Assembly (NCBI GenBank): GCA_951406725.2
Contig: OX597822.1
Location: forward strand, 51,150,001 to 51,214,000
Reading direction: 5' to 3'
Source of the DNA: Octopus vulgaris
Lineage: Eukaryota
Length of the DNA: 64,000 nucleotides
Under the pieces are notes generated by a model, which saw nothing but the letters and a program-made list of their open reading frames with translations, did no database searches and was not told where the DNA came from. A program made the position numbers and the translations under genes. Positions 1-13,930 of the stretch are shown piece after piece; positions within the stretch are counted from its first letter, which is position 1; every line of letters starts with the position of its first letter.

Positions 1-124
1 AATAGAATTTATTTTTGGCAAATGAAATACCAAACGTAAAGGCATAGACCAATAAAGATCTTCCCAAAGGGCAAAGCAATCACAGTCTAATGTATTGGTT
101 TATCGGATATACCAACATACTTAG

Positions 125-560
125 GTAGGAAGATCAAGGTTTACAGACCAGATATTGTTCTCATAGGCCACCATGAAAAGATATGTTTCTTATTCCACAT
201 ATCAGTCCTAAGACATGATGATATATCTCAAAAAGAAAATCGAATATTATCTACATAAAAAGATTTAGAAATAAGAATAATCAGGATGTGGTATCTAATA
301 ACAGAACCTATCTCTGTAATCATGGTTGCTTTTGAAATGATAAAGCATAAATCATATATAATCAAAACAAGGGAAGCTATAAATATACATAACGTGCAAA
401 AAAACTACCATTCTAGAAAGCTCACACACATTACGCATGATTTTTTTCAAAATAATTAAACTAATTAAAGTAACAGAATCTAATAATGCAATGTATTCTC
501 AAGGTACACCGAACTGCAGTCGATAGGGCAATGAAAGCAATAATAACAACAGCAACAACA
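125..560 (+). mobile_element. R4/Dong-like (REL-endonuclease) non-LTR retrotransposon, decayed 3' end
   Basis: Manual translation from ~130 gives KIKVYRPDIVLIGHHEKICFLFHISVLRHDDISQKENRILST*KDLEIRIIRMWYLITEPISV, matching the RPDIV..D..P..K..KY..L...W restriction-like endonuclease. It is followed by a 3'UTR similar to the copy at 5120-5432 and an AAT/AAC tail. Confidence 0.75.
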
Positions 561-654
561 ACAAAAAAGAAGAAAAAACAAAAACAGGTACAGCAACAAT
601 AATAATTATGATTTTAAGTTCTGGTTCAAGACTAGGAATTTTTGATGATAAGAG

Positions 655-815
655 CGAGTCGATTATATCGACCCTAATACTCTACCGGTATTTTATTTCA
701 TCGAGTCACAAGGGATGAAGACCAAAGTTGAATGGAACTTACAACAATAATACTTCGAAGTAATTTCGTCAAACGTTTTGTATGACGCGCTAACGACTCT
801 GACAGATTGCCACCC
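655..815 (-). mobile_element. Degenerate copy of tRNA-derived SINE family B
   Basis: gtcgattatatcgacc...tttatttcatcga...ggatgaa..caaagttg...gctaacga aligns by eye with the copy at 2951-3188. Confidence 0.55.
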
Positions 816-1467
816 CAATTACAATAAAAACAAAAACAACTATAACTACAGCAGTAACAAAAACAATAATGGTGATGATGATTATATTGAGGACGATGAT
901 AATTGGAATGACGACAACGGTGATGGTGGTGGCGAAGTTAAGGATAACGCATGAAGAGTAGACTTACGTAAAGAATATATCAAACAATGTACTACATAAG
1001 CGATGTAAGTTTTTTTTTCTCTCTCTCTCTCACAATCTCATTCTCTGTATATAGATATATATATACACACACAAACACACACACACACACACGCACACAG
1101 ACTCACACACTCACACATATATGTTCATCTAGCATGCTTTCCGACTACACACGAGGTACTCTTTCCGTATTGTCGATAGTTGATTTTCCTTTTATTCTGG
1201 GGGCAAAACACATTTCAATTATCTAAGTATTGTTTTATCTAATAGTTTGTCAGCAAATTAAAAGTTTTTGGCTTGTTGAAATCCTAATGTGTGTCTGTTT
1301 TTCACTCTTGTTATGTCTCGCAGCAAGTTTACAGTCTAAGTTCAGAGATGAATAACTGTGGCAAATTAAAAGAATGCTGCTTGCAGGCCTTGTGCATCAC
1401 AAAGCACACATCCATGCAAGCACCCACAATCCCACTTTTACGCATACAGACACATAAACAATTACCT

Positions 1468-1498
1468 GTATACATGCATACATGCATTAATACATGCA

Positions 1499-1544
<46 letters not shown>

Positions 1545-1619
1545 TATACATATATACATATATATACATATATACATATATAGACATATATACATATATA
1601 TATACACATATATACATAT

Positions 1620-1678
<59 letters not shown>

Positions 1679-1681
1679 TAA

Positions 1682-1726
<45 letters not shown>

Positions 1727-1835
1727 TATATATATATATGCATATATACATATACATAAATATACAGATATGCATAGATATCTATATATGCATATACATA
1801 TAAATCCACACATACATACATAAATACATACCTGT
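1468..1835. repeat. Compound (TA)n/(TACA)n microsatellite, representative of dozens in the window
   Basis: Directly visible dinucleotide and tetranucleotide runs; these produce the YIYI-type spurious ORFs. Confidence 0.95.
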
Positions 1836-2313
1836 ACATGTGTTCTGCTGGTTTCCATTTCTTGTGTTCTTTCTATTCTACCTTTGATTTATCCAGCCGG
1901 TGCACTGTACAACCTGTTGTTTACTTTGTGTGTATATATATGTGTGTGTATATATGTGTGAGTGTATGTGTATACATGTGTGTGTGTGTGCATACATGTA
2001 CGTGTGCCTGAGTTTATGTGTGCGTGTGTGTGTATGTCATACATTTGTACATTAGCAAATAGGAAAACACTTCGGTAGTAACTTTACACAAAAACAACAA
2101 ACAGTTGTATACACGCATGTAAACACTCGGACATACACACACAAATGCATGCAGAAAGAAACGCAGACACACTAAGATATATTCAGACATACACACGTAT
2201 AATTAGAGTAGAAAACATGATTTGACATACATAAACATGGAGGCATAAAAATAATGTATACGTATGTGTAAATACACACACACACACATACACACACACA
2301 CATACACACACAC

Positions 2314-2359
<46 letters not shown>

Positions 2360-2950
2360 ATAGTCTTGGGTGCGTGTGAACAGGGATGTATGTGCATGAG
2401 TATGCGTGTCTTTGGGCCGAATGACTTTTGGGATACCTATGTATAAACATACCATGACACATCTTTGCAATCAACATCACACACACACACACATATTACA
2501 CATATTTACACATATTTACATACATATTTACATTTGTATGCGTCATTACATCCATTCTGTATACGCAATATGTATGTCCACACTCAGTCCTGTTATCTTG
2601 TTTTACAAACAAATCGATTGACTAAACTTATTCATCGGCTTTGGTAAACATGCTAAAAAAAAATGTTTTGATCGTTAATAGCACTAAACCTTTAAACTTT
2701 TTATGCACGTTATTTTCTTTCACTTCCTAAGTATTTTTAGTACTATACTTAGCTTATCGAACAATGTTTAAAGTTATGCAATTGTTTAAAAAACCAATGT
2801 CCATTACAATGTCTCCAAATTAAATACATTTTGCTAGTTTCCTTTATATTTACGATACATTATGATCTGAGATAGAAGACACAAGCACATAGCGAAAAGA
2901 CGAATACATGAGAGTATAGATCAAGAAATTATAGATGCAGTATAAGAAAA

Positions 2951-3188
2951 TATATATTTCTTTACTACCCACAAGGGGCTAAACACAAAGAGGACAAACA
3001 AGGACAAGACAAACGGATTAAGTCGATTACATCGACCCCAGTGCGTAACTGGTACTTAATTTATCGACCCTTGAAAGGATGAAAGGCAAAGTCGACCTCG
3101 GCGGAATCTGAACTCAGAACGTAACGGCAGACGAAATACGGCAACGCATTTCGCCCGGTGTGCTAACGTTTCTGCCAGCTCGCTGCCT
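2951..3188 (-). mobile_element. Full-length tRNA-derived SINE family B with target-site duplication
   Basis: Minus-strand head GGCAGCGAGCTGGCAGAAACGTTAGCAC...GTTCTGAGTTCAGATTCCGCC (A/B-box-like). TSD TAGATGCAGTATAAG at 2932-2946 and 3190-3204. Near-identical copy at 49783-50013. Confidence 0.9.
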
Positions 3189-3359
3189 TTAGATGCAGTA
3201 TAAGTAAATATAGTTTAATGAAAGAAAGTACACGGACTGGCCATGGTTCAATTTTCATTTACGCACCTCCTAGGGCGCGTACGACATTTGTAGTGGTCAA
3301 ATTTATAGCAATAAATGCCGCATAGTTTCCGGAGTGAAACCAGTATAGGGGTTATCTTT

Positions 3360-3779
3360 TATCTTTCACTTGTTTCAGTCATTTGACTACGGCACACCTA
3401 AGGCCCAACCGTCAACGGTTTTACTCGAAGAAATCGACACCGGGACATATCTTTTAAGCCCAATACTTAATCTTTTGTTTTTTGCCGAACTGCTAAGTTA
3501 CAGAGGCGCAAACACACTGACATCGGTTGTAAATCGGTGGTAGAGAACAAACACAGGCACAAAGACACATAGATGCACACACACACGCACACACACACAC
3601 ACAAACACACACACGCACACACACACACGCACATATATGTATATACACACGACAGGCTTCTTTCAGTTGCTGTCAACCAAATCCACGCATAAGACTTCGG
3701 TCGCCCCGAGGATATAGTAGAGAACACTTGCCCAAGTAGGACTGAACCTGGAACCATGTCGTTGGAAAGCAAGCTTCTT
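3360..3779 (-). mobile_element. tRNA-derived SINE family A with internal (CA)n
   Basis: Matches copies at 17721, 40398 and 58408 (aaccacatggttccgggttc head, central microsatellite, ...gactgaaacaagt tail). Confidence 0.85.
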
Positions 3780-3819
3780 CAGTCACTATCAAAACACATA
3801 GTTCCTCATTTTTACCTAC

Positions 3820-4090
3820 TGAGCAGTTCATTCAACATCTCTATTCTGATTTGGCCCCATCTGACTACCATTACATAACATGAAAAATCACTTGGCTGAG
3901 AAATACTATCCCATTTACGATGACTTCATACCTTTTGTTGATGACTTTTATGGCCAACAACATGAAGGCTTCATCAATGAGATTGAAGCACTGCAATGGC
4001 AAGAGAAGAAATTTGTGAAAAGCAAGTGGGATCAAGTTGGAAAATGAACATCATTTGGTCACATTCGATGAGTGTATTTTGATCAGCCTA
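3820..4090 (+). pseudogene. mariner transposase C-terminal fragment
   Basis: Translation HLYSDLAPSDYH...MKNHLAEKYY..DDF....IEALQWQEKKFVKSKWDQVGK* matches the mariner YSPDLAPSDYHLF ... CV...GDYVEK terminus. Confidence 0.75.
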
Positions 4091-4971
4091 TGTATGTATG
4101 TATGTATGTATGTATGTATGTATGTATGTATGTATGTATGTATGTATGTATGTATGTATGTATGTATGTATGTATGTATGTGTGTTTGGAGTACGCTATA
4201 ATTGCACATCTCATCACATCGTACAATGAAAACTTGTCACCAACAGAATAGATTTTGAGCTTAGACTTACATACTGAAGAAATTATCTATTCTTACACTG
4301 GAAGTTTTTTTCGGTAAATCCATGCTCAAACGATTATAAAACATTGCGCCATTTTATCTTCATACAAGAGGAGAGTTAACAAAACACATACATAACAATT
4401 CTTCATTTAAATTTATTTGTAAATTTTTCATAATTCTTTTCTTTGAAATGTTAATGCTCATCAATTTGTCAGCTCATTTGGTCAACCTTCGACATTTAAA
4501 TTTTTATTAATACGCAGTATATATCTAAAATATGATGAATGTATTTTGTATTGACTGGCACGTTATCGTAAATAATTAAACCAGCTGAACTCATTAGTAT
4601 TCATAATTCCTAAGATATTAATGGTTGTAAATCGATTCTTTTCACAGAGTGGTATTTTATACAAAAGTTCTTTTGTTTTTTTTGTTTTTTTTCATAATCA
4701 TATTGTCAAATTCTATTTCTAAGTATATTTCCTTTTGTTGATAAATTGATTGTACCTGTTAACGGAGATTTACACTGTTATTTAATTAAAGGGAAATAGT
4801 TCAAGTAAAATTCATAAAAAGGCCTAATCAAAACGAAAATATTATCGATCATGTTTCTTAATTTAAAATGCGTATGTTTCAATACAACTCACATTATCTA
4901 AAAAAGAAAACTTTAATCAAATAACTGTTGGTTGTTGTAGAGGGCAGAGATTAAAATTTATTATTATTAAT

Positions 4972-5033
<62 letters not shown>

Positions 5034-5060
5034 TAATATTATTATTATTGTTATCATTCC

Positions 5061-5119
<59 letters not shown>

Positions 5120-5121
<2 letters not shown>

Positions 5122-5432
5122 TAGTCTTATTCTTATCACGCGCTTTCACTGCAATACCGAGTACTGCTCTGTGTGCCTCGGGTATGTGCTATGATTTGTT
5201 GCGATGATCTTATTTTCACTATATTGAAAGTATTTTACGTAGGATGTGTGCGGTGCCTAGTACTACTATTTTCTGTATGTAATATATATATGTTGGTCCT
5301 GGTGGTTTTGTTATGTATTTGTCTGAATATTTTTTGTCATACCTAATGCGCCTACTATGATAGGAATTGTTTCTGTCTTTAGATTCTTCTTTCGAATTAC
5401 ATCTTTTTCCAGGTATTTAGAAAGTTTCTCCA
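5120..5432 (-). mobile_element. R4/Dong-like LINE 3' end embedded in TAA repeats
   Basis: Minus translation EKLSKYLEKDV...ETIPIIVGALGM / IQKIVVLGTAHILRKILSI*. (TTA)n tracts lie on both sides. Confidence 0.8.
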
Positions 5433-5477
5433 TTTGTTATTATTATTGTTATTATTATTGTTATTGTTCTTCTTCTT

Positions 5478-5568
<91 letters not shown>

Positions 5569-6589
5569 GTATCATCATCATTATTTTGTTTGATCGCCTA
5601 TGGACACGTAGACACGTAACGTACATAACTCTGGCAACTTTGTTATTATTTCTAATATTATACAAGATTTTATATTGCACCTTTGTTATCAGAACCTTAA
5701 GGAGCTAGTTAGTTTTCCGGTTGTAGCCCTTATGGGCTAACTGAGATTTGTATAGCAAACACACTCCTCAAAAATTAGGATGGTGATTTTTTTATCTGTT
5801 GAAAAGAAGAAGCAACTATCCGCAGAAGGGAAGAGCGAAATTAAAAAAAAAGATGAGTGACAGTTGCCACAGCAACAGCACCAACTGCAATTACAATGAC
5901 AGCAAAAACAGAACAGCAACAACGTGAACAACATCACTAGCTACAGCACTGTACAGGAAAAGTATGAAGATAATTTTCCGATGCTAAACATTTCAACACT
6001 GCTATCACCAGAATAAAGCAGAAAAGAACAATATCAACGAAAGGCAACAAAAACGCCCAGCAAGTATGCTGAAACCCCCAATAGCACTAATTACAATAAT
6101 ATCATCAACAGAGAGAGCATCAGGATATATCTATTCGACAGTATCCCACACACCAGTCGATCCGTTGATCAGGTTAGAAATAGGTAAGTGTTCAGACATA
6201 ACTCTTGCTACCCCTGCAACAGATTTCGCCAACTGTAAAATATGTCTATTGATAAAAATGGTTTGGGAAAACAACCAGGATGACTAGTGGTGAAAGAAAA
6301 AAGTAAAAACGTTCAAAAATTGAAAGCGAATGATACTAAACTAAAAGCAAAGAGATTACAGGAAGAGACAAAGAAAACAATGAACCGCCTCACATCCTCA
6401 AATTCTACACCAACAAAACTACAAAAATCTCCAACTTGGCAAATATCACCATTATAAACACCCCAGTAAACGAAAACGTATAGCAATCTAGGCCAACATG
6501 AACAGCACTTTCAAAGCATCATCAGTTACACGCATAGAGATACAAGCAATAACTTCATGAAACAATAATTTCATATCAATCTGTTTGGA

Positions 6590-9299
6590 ATGAGAATTCC
6601 TATAAGATTTTGCTAGTCTCCGCGGTTTGTGCTCATATCTGCGGTTTGTGCTCATACCACGTCTTGCCTTTCTCTATCCCCAACGTTTTGCACAGTTTCC
6701 AGTGTAGCACTTTCGATAGCTGGTCGTGTCGCCACAACTTGTAATGGTTTTGGGCACGTCTAGCACATTCGTTCGTGGAATTGGCAATGGTTTCATCCAC
6801 ACTATTGCAGATGTGGTACAGCGGAGACACTTGTTCCATCCAGAAATTGATGATCCCTTTCATTGCCAAAGATCACTATACTGCACTGGTAGTATTGTGA
6901 TCTCGATCACTTTTTTTTTAGAGTTTCTTTCATCAGCCAGTCTTACCTATTTTTCCAGCAACTTCCGTTGTGACTACAGGAAATTGATTGCGTAATTATT
7001 CTTCATGTCCTTTTTGTACTTATTCCTTTGTTTTTCTTTTTTTTCTCTGCTTTCAATACTCCCTCGTTCCTAACTGACACTAGCACAGTTTCCTTACTTT
7101 GAGTTAGGTATCTCGTTAAACTCTCGTGTTCGATACGCATGCAGTCTTCTACACTTATCAGTCCCCTTCCTACATTTGCTCTCTTCATGTATAAGTAATC
7201 AAGGTCTGCACGTGGATGATAGGCTTCACGCATCGTTAGGAGATTTCTTCACTTCTTGTCCTCCTTTAGCTCCTCCTCTGTCCAAGTCAGGATTCCAGTG
7301 CCATACTGAACTACTGCAACTGCGCGCGTTTTTATAGTCGAAATTATCTTTCTGGCATTCAGCTTTGAAGCCAATATTTCTTTCACTCGCTGCAGGTACT
7401 CATTTTCTTTTAGCAAGTAGTTTAATTTTCCCTTACAGCTTCCCAGATCATACTCCCAACTTTCTGTAGTATTTCACTCAAGGGAACCATTTCCAGCATG
7501 AATGTCAATGAGGGGAGGGGGGGCACTGCCTCTCTCGAATATTCCTATTTTGATTTTCACCTCTCCAAGTCCTAGCTTCTCTGCTGCCAATTCCGTTCTC
7601 CAGTATTTTATGCTATTCCATATCAGATTTCTCATATTCTCAGCTACTCCATACATTTCCATTGTTCTTATTTTCCAAGAGTGTTGTATCCTATCGTAAA
7701 CTGCGATAGTTAACCCATGCCATGCTCAGATTTGTATTTCTTCTCTTGAGGTACCTTATAATTTGATTATGAATTAAAAGCTAATCCTTCGTTCCCCGGC
7801 TACTTTTTCGGCACCCTCAGTTTTTAAACGGTAGCAGATTGCTTTGTCCGAAGTATCTATACAGTTTACCAGCCACAGTGCCTGGAATTAGTCTTCACAT
7901 TAGCGGAAGGCACATTATTTGTCTAAGGTTGGCTGCAACATTTCCCTTTTTAGAATCCTTGTCTCATAACAATGTCTTTCCCTTTGTCATCCTGCTAGGT
8001 ACTACGTCTTCCTGCAAGCATTCATTTAACTGTTGAGTTATCCTTTCATGAATCCCTCTCAATTTTTTCGTCATATACCCTTGGACCCATCCAGTTCTGG
8101 GCTCTTCCAATTTGGGAATTTCTTTAAAACTGCTTTTTATATCATTTCTGTATTTGTCTGTCTTCTTGGAGTTCTATATTTCTTAATTTATCTTAGATTT
8201 CTTGTTGCCACTCAGCATCATCATTATGCTCTACAGATTGGTCCAAGATCCCACTCCAGAATACCTTGATTTCCTCTGCATCTGACATCAATGTTTCCTG
8301 TATTTGCCCATCTACTTCCTGAAACAGTTTCTTCTGATTTGCTTCAAACAATCTGTTTTACCTTAACTGTCTTTTTCTATTGTCATGTCTTTCCGGTTTG
8401 ATTCCTACTATTCTTGGTTTCAATTCTTCCAATATTATATTGGGTTGTCTGGAAAGTTTATGCCGACTTTTAAAGGAAAGAAAAATGTCAATAAATTCTT
8501 GCCATTACATATTTAATCCACCAAATGTGAACCATTTTGTTGCACAATGCAGCAAAATGTTTCATATTTCCTTTAACTTGAAAATACCCTCTCCCTAGAA
8601 TTGGGGTGGTTTCATGGCAAATAATTCATCAAAGTATCTTTTAACGTCATCCAAGGAATTAAAGGTTTTACCATGAAGACTATTCTGCAGAGATCTGAAT
8701 AAGTGGGAATCTGAAGGAGCAATATCTGGTGAATATGAAGGGTGAGGTAACACATCTCAGCCGAGCTGTAGCAATTTTTGTCTAGTTTCCAAAGCATCAG
8801 GCGCCGAAAAGGAACTTTCTTATCTTCCATTTTAAAGGGTTACAGAATTAACACAGGTCATAGGAACATAAATCTTCTTTCACGAAAAGAAAGCTTAAAC
8901 TGTGCTCTAAATGGAGGTGTAGCAAAATCCTATCTTATGGACTCAAACATGCTCTAAAATAAGTCGAAAGGTAAGCTACTATAAATCAGCACAAACTTTC
9001 TGGACAACCCAGTATTATAACCTTTATCTCTTATTCTATATGTTCTTTCCAGTATTATTCTTATTCTTTCGTTCTGCAATTCCCTTCTCAATCTATTAAC
9101 TTGTCCTAAATGTCTTTTTAACTTGTTTGCTTCTCACAAATTCGTCTACACCATCATGGTTCTTTCCCTTCTGTTTGTTCTTTTGTTTTGTATCCAACCC
9201 TATCTGCAGCAACCATAGCTGCAACCCAAATAATCTTGTTAATTTCAGATATATTTCTCATCTGGAATAACCCAAGAACCGAATCTATCATTACTATTA

Positions 9300-9354
<55 letters not shown>

Positions 9355-9740
9355 CATCATCATCATCATGATCATCGACATTATCATAATTATTATTCGG
9401 TTTTTCTTTTATGCGGATAAAATTTATGTGGGCAGCAGGTTATTATCTGTAACCTTAGGTATCCACAAGTTTTCAATAATCTCAGATGTCATCAACACCC
9501 TTTTGATAATCTTTCCAAGAGTCAAATCTTCCGTGAAATCTCTGCAGGGCTTCACTCAGTTATTCCGTCTACTTTTCTCGTCAGCTCTGTATTATTTCCT
9601 TTCCGTTAACTTTAGTAACACTTTAGCTCTTCTTATCTTTCAAGCTTCAGAACTCACACCACATATTCCTCCCTCGATCATTAGTTCGCATGAACGCCTT
9701 AGCTACTGACAACTCCGCTTTCATTCTCTTTCAAAATGAG
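6590..9740 (-). mobile_element. Decayed R4/Dong-like LINE (RT plus CCHC region), interrupted by a mariner element and (ATT)n
   Basis: ORF pieces: NISEINKIIWVAAMVAADRVG..KEP (N-terminal), KIKIGIFERGSAPPPL (GIFQGDSLSPL-like), HPRADLDYLYMKRANVGRGLISVED, SPLYHIC..DET...EC..RAQNHYKLWRHDQ..KVLHWKLC (CCHC/RHD). Confidence 0.85.
8438..9014 (-). mobile_element. Internally deleted mariner element nested in the LINE
   Basis: TIRs TATTGGGTTGTCTGGAAAGTTT / AAACTTTCTGGACAACCCAGTA. Minus translation VLPHPSYSPDIAPSDSHLFRSLQNSLHGKTFNS. Confidence 0.85.
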
Positions 9741-10047
9741 AGGAAAAACAAGAGCCTAAATTTTTAAAACGAATGTGGGGTACGTGCATTCATCAAGGGA
9801 ATCCCTTATGGAGTAATTGTTGTCGACTCGAACTAAAACAGTTTCACCAATTGTACATTTTATTCAACCTCTCAAATTTCAATTATTTTGTTTAAAAATT
9901 TATAAAACTAGAAACAGTTGTCTTATAAAACAATAATGACGGAAGCTGCCGTATAATTTTAGTAATTTAGGATGTTAAAATGTATCGGATGACAAAAATT
10001 TGTACATAATGATTTGTTCGATATCATAATTCTGACTGCGATTCTTA

Positions 10048-10172
10048 AAATTCCGCCCAGGTCGACTTTGCCTGTCTTTCTTTCGGGGTCGATAAATTAA
10101 CTACCAGTGAAACACTGGGATCGATGTAATCGACGTATCCCATCCCCCAAAATGGCTGCCCTTGTGGCAAAA
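10048..10172 (+). mobile_element. 5'-truncated SINE family B with 19-bp TSD
   Basis: Core aaattccgcccaggtcgactttgcc...gggtcgataaatt...gatgtaatcgac. Direct repeat ATAATTCTGACTGC(G/A)ATTC at 10026-10044 and 10175-10193. Confidence 0.75.
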
Positions 10173-11381
10173 CTATAATTCTGACTGCAATTCATTGTAG
10201 AAGATAGTGTGACAAAGATCCGTATTGTTCAACTTCAAGTAATCTGATCGTATATTACTTTCATATATACTAAAATGCAATTATGTAAATTATACAAAAA
10301 ATGTAGAGTTGCATGTAATATTTAGCTATTGAACGTTTTATAGTTTTCACTGTTTCGGCTACATAACGTATGTTGTTAATTAGAGGTAGAAGCTTAATAC
10401 GACATTCTATATAGTTTTAATGCTAATAACGCTTGATATAGTTAAATACACGAATATAAATTTGCCATTTTGCTTAGTTTATTTCTCACCGTTGTTTTTA
10501 AACTCTATAAATTTAGACAATTTTCATTCTATTAGGAAGAGGAAGGGTGGATCTATTGACTCTAGATGTTTTATTTCACAATTCTTACATTTTATGAAAT
10601 TGTATATGATAACATTACCTTCCGTGCAAAATTATAACCATTCAAGATTTATTAATTATCGTTAATTATTGTTTTTTTCTTTTCTGCTTCCATAATTTAT
10701 AAATACTCAATTTATAAGTCTATAATTTATTATACACTTATGTGGCTTCGACAGTGAATGCAATATTTCAAAGAGAGATAAACTTGTAACTTAATATGAA
10801 GAAAAATTATATGAGGCCTATTCATTTTCACATATATTATTGAATAATCAGAACGTTTTCAAAATTAATAAACCACGAAAGCTTATAAAATAAGCTCAAT
10901 TATTCTAAATTAAATTTAGCAAGTTATAATCATAATTACATTCACTTGGTTTAAATGTGATATAGTGATTTCGTGTACAGATTTCAAAACTTAATATAAG
11001 GCCGTTTCTGGGATCTGCATTACAGTTTTCTAGTTTGTTAGAGTCGTGATATTCCTTGGAAAAGAGGATTATACGTATACAATGTTCTCTGAGAAAATAT
11101 CATTTGATAATATTATGTGACTATACTGAATTACGCAACAAGTTTGACGTTTTTAAATCATTCGTCTGTGGGTATTTCAAGCCGAACAACCTAGAAAGCA
11201 AGGAGCGTGTGTAATTTATGTCAATCATTAACACGAAAGTATCCTAAGTATATGATTTCTAGATAATCGTTCTGTTTTACTGTGCATAGGCTCATTTGTT
11301 GTATAAAAAAGTTTCTAATTGCAATTACCTTTATATATAGAAAGAGCCCAACAAGGAAGATATGTTCTATTGGTCTATTTA

Positions 11382-11948
11382 ATATAGATATTTTCGATCT
11401 AGTTTGGATTCTTTGCCATCAAATTTGAATTTTTCGATTGATGCCCAAGCCTTGAAAAGATGAGAGTTAAACTACATCAGCCGTAAGGGAATACATGTCT
11501 ATCTTGTCTAACTCGTCTAGTAGAGCCCACCAATTGATATCTGAAAGGTTCGATGAAATAACCCATGAACACTGCGATAGCTTCTACCAAAAGATGTTCC
11601 GTTACGTTGACCAGTCTGAACAAGGGGAGATAATAGAAGAAGAATCATTCATTTATTATCTCCCCTTGTTCAGACCGGTCGACGTAACGGAACATCTTTT
11701 GGTAGAAGCTATCGCAGTGTTCATGAGTTATTTCATCGAACCTTTCAGATATCAATTGGTGGGCTATACTGGACGAGTTAGATAAGATGGACATGTATTC
11801 CCTTACGGCTGATGTAGTTTAACTATCTTTTTTTTAAGGCTTGAGCATCAATCGAAAAATTCAAATTTGATGGCAAAGAATTCAAATTTGATCGCAAAGA
11901 ATTCAAATTTGATGCAAATAATCCAAATTAGATCGAAAGCATCTATAT
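11382..11948. mobile_element. Foldback / palindromic MITE-like element (~250-bp arms, ~18-nt loop)
   Basis: 11382-11635 is the near-perfect reverse complement of 11654-11948. The right arm has an extra tandem AATTCAAATTTGATGGCAAAG. Confidence 0.85.
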
Positions 11949-11999
11949 ATCATTTTCTATACATTTCAAAGTAAAACTAGGTGATGTTCTTTCTGTTCG

Positions 12000-12957
12000 T
12001 ATTAGGTAGTCAAGAATTAAATTTGTAGAAAAGAAAAAAAAATGAGTTTTATGAATACAAGGAATAGTTTTATTCATCAAATTATGCATCCATATTGTAA
12101 ATGCCTGGCAATCTAGAGTCAATAAAATCTTTGAAGGCCTGTTTGATAGCATCATCGTAATTCAGTGTTTTCCTATCGAAATGTTATAAAAATTCTGGAA
12201 GAAGCGGTAGTCAATAGGGTTAAGATCAGGTGAGTATGATGGATTTTTGCGATGTGTGGTCTGGCGTTGTCTTGCAATAAAATAGAAGTGTATCTATTGA
12301 CTAATCTAGACTTTTTTGTAAGTTTCTGCATCATTTGGTCCAGTTGGCTGCTGTATACTTCGGCCGTGATTTATGAACCAGGTTAAATGAATAGTTATCA
12401 TGCGATTCAAAAATGATTACTTTTTGTGGCGAGAAAGTAGCATAATGCAGGCTTCCAAAAGTTGTTGTTTCTGATTTTCATGTAGAACCCACTTATCTAA
12501 GTTTTTCACTTTACCGACTAGGTGAGTCAATATTGTTGACACCGAACAACAACAGCGTCATTATCTATCTTTGTTTCTGATCGACCGCGTTGCTCATTTG
12601 TGAGGTCAAAGTTACCAGAACGAAATTTTCCAAACCATTTTGATACTCTCTGCTGTGAAATCACATTAGAATGAAGTACTCCATTGATATTCTGAGCTAT
12701 CTGCGATGCTGTATTTCCAAGAAAGAACTCATATTTCAAAACTGTACAAATTTCCGAATTATCCGTCACTAAACGAAAATAGCAAAAACCATGTATAAAT
12801 ACTTTATAAAACGCAAAATGAGTTCGAATAACGAAATAGATGTTTCAGCTTTCTAACAAAGAATAAAGATCGTCAAAATATGATAATGGAGGAAAATGAG
12901 CGGCTGTCAACTTTTACCATATACATAACTACAAATTTCGTACTTGTCGACCTAATA
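12000..12957 (-). mobile_element. Decayed mariner DNA transposon with TIRs
   Basis: TIRs TATTAGGTAGTCAAGAATTAAATTTGTAG / CTACAAATTTCGTACTTGTCGACCTAATA. ORF 12527-12769 encodes a mariner HTH (YEF..G..A.....IN...WFGKFRSGNFDLTNEQRGR). An SYSPDLNPIDYRFF-like motif lies near 12200-12240. Confidence 0.9.
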
Positions 12958-13654
12958 GCACAAGTGTAATAATGATAGCTACTTCATAATGCATTTCATT
13001 TGCTACAGAAATGAACCTATGAAGGTTCAGAAAAGAATAATAAAACTGTTAATGATTCGCTACAGATAGGATACAATGACTTTGAAGGATAGGATACAAT
13101 GACATGTTTAGGTTCATTTTTCGTTTTGTATTTAATAATTATTGCTAATTCTTATTTTGCGCTCCCGTAATTTGAAGATGTTCAATAGAAAAGTAGAGAA
13201 ACTTTGATGCATTTACGTGCATGTTTGCATGTATGTATGTATGCATATATATGTGTGTCTGTCTACTTGTGTGTATGTTTATGTATACTTGTGTGTATGT
13301 TTATATATACATGTGTGTGTATGTTTATATAAATGCATTTATATGTATATTGTAATATATATGTATGTATATGCATAACGTGAGGATTTCAAGTGGCACA
13401 GAAATTTCTGATTAACTTAGTTCTTAACATTTCAGTGTGAAGAATTAAGACGTGAGGGTGTGAAACAAAATTCACATATTCTATTAGATGAATATTAAGT
13501 AAAGTATTTTACTTAATATTTCTGTAGTGCTTTCAGGAATTTCACACAAATTGTACTTTTAAAAAAATATGTTATATAATAATATTTTCGGCACGTCGCA
13601 CCAATAAAAAATTGATTGGAATAACTAACTGGCACTGCCTTTTTTCCGAAGATG

Positions 13655-13930
13655 AGTGTTTCAGTTAATCCGATCAACAGATGAGACTGCTCGTGAAATG
13701 AAACTGCAAGGAGCTGATCACGTCACTGACATGATTACATTAACATACCCCTCCCCCAAGGATATTCAGCGTGATACAGAATGTGATTAGGCTGGCCCTT
13801 CGAAAAACAGGTATAACTCAATTTTTACTAGCCGAATGGACTGGAACATTGTAACAAAAACTTGTTTACGGTCAGAGCGCGCTACTGGGGATCAAATCAC
13901 GAACTTACGATTGTGAGACGAATACCCATT
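13655..13930 (-). mobile_element. Degenerate SINE, third family
   Basis: tRNA-like head on the minus strand near 13880-13930 and a SINE-like body (gatcaac...ctgctcgtgaaat...aggctggccctt...ggactgga). Recognised by pattern only. Confidence 0.5.

Noticed and set aside
987-2650. Many ORFs rich in YI/HT/CV dipeptides, here and throughout the window
   Set aside because: These are translations of (TA)n, (CA)n and (TACA)n microsatellites with no protein signal.
11495-11785. 96-aa ORF across the foldback centre
   Set aside because: It lies within a palindrome, has no recognisable motif and is probably a chance open frame.
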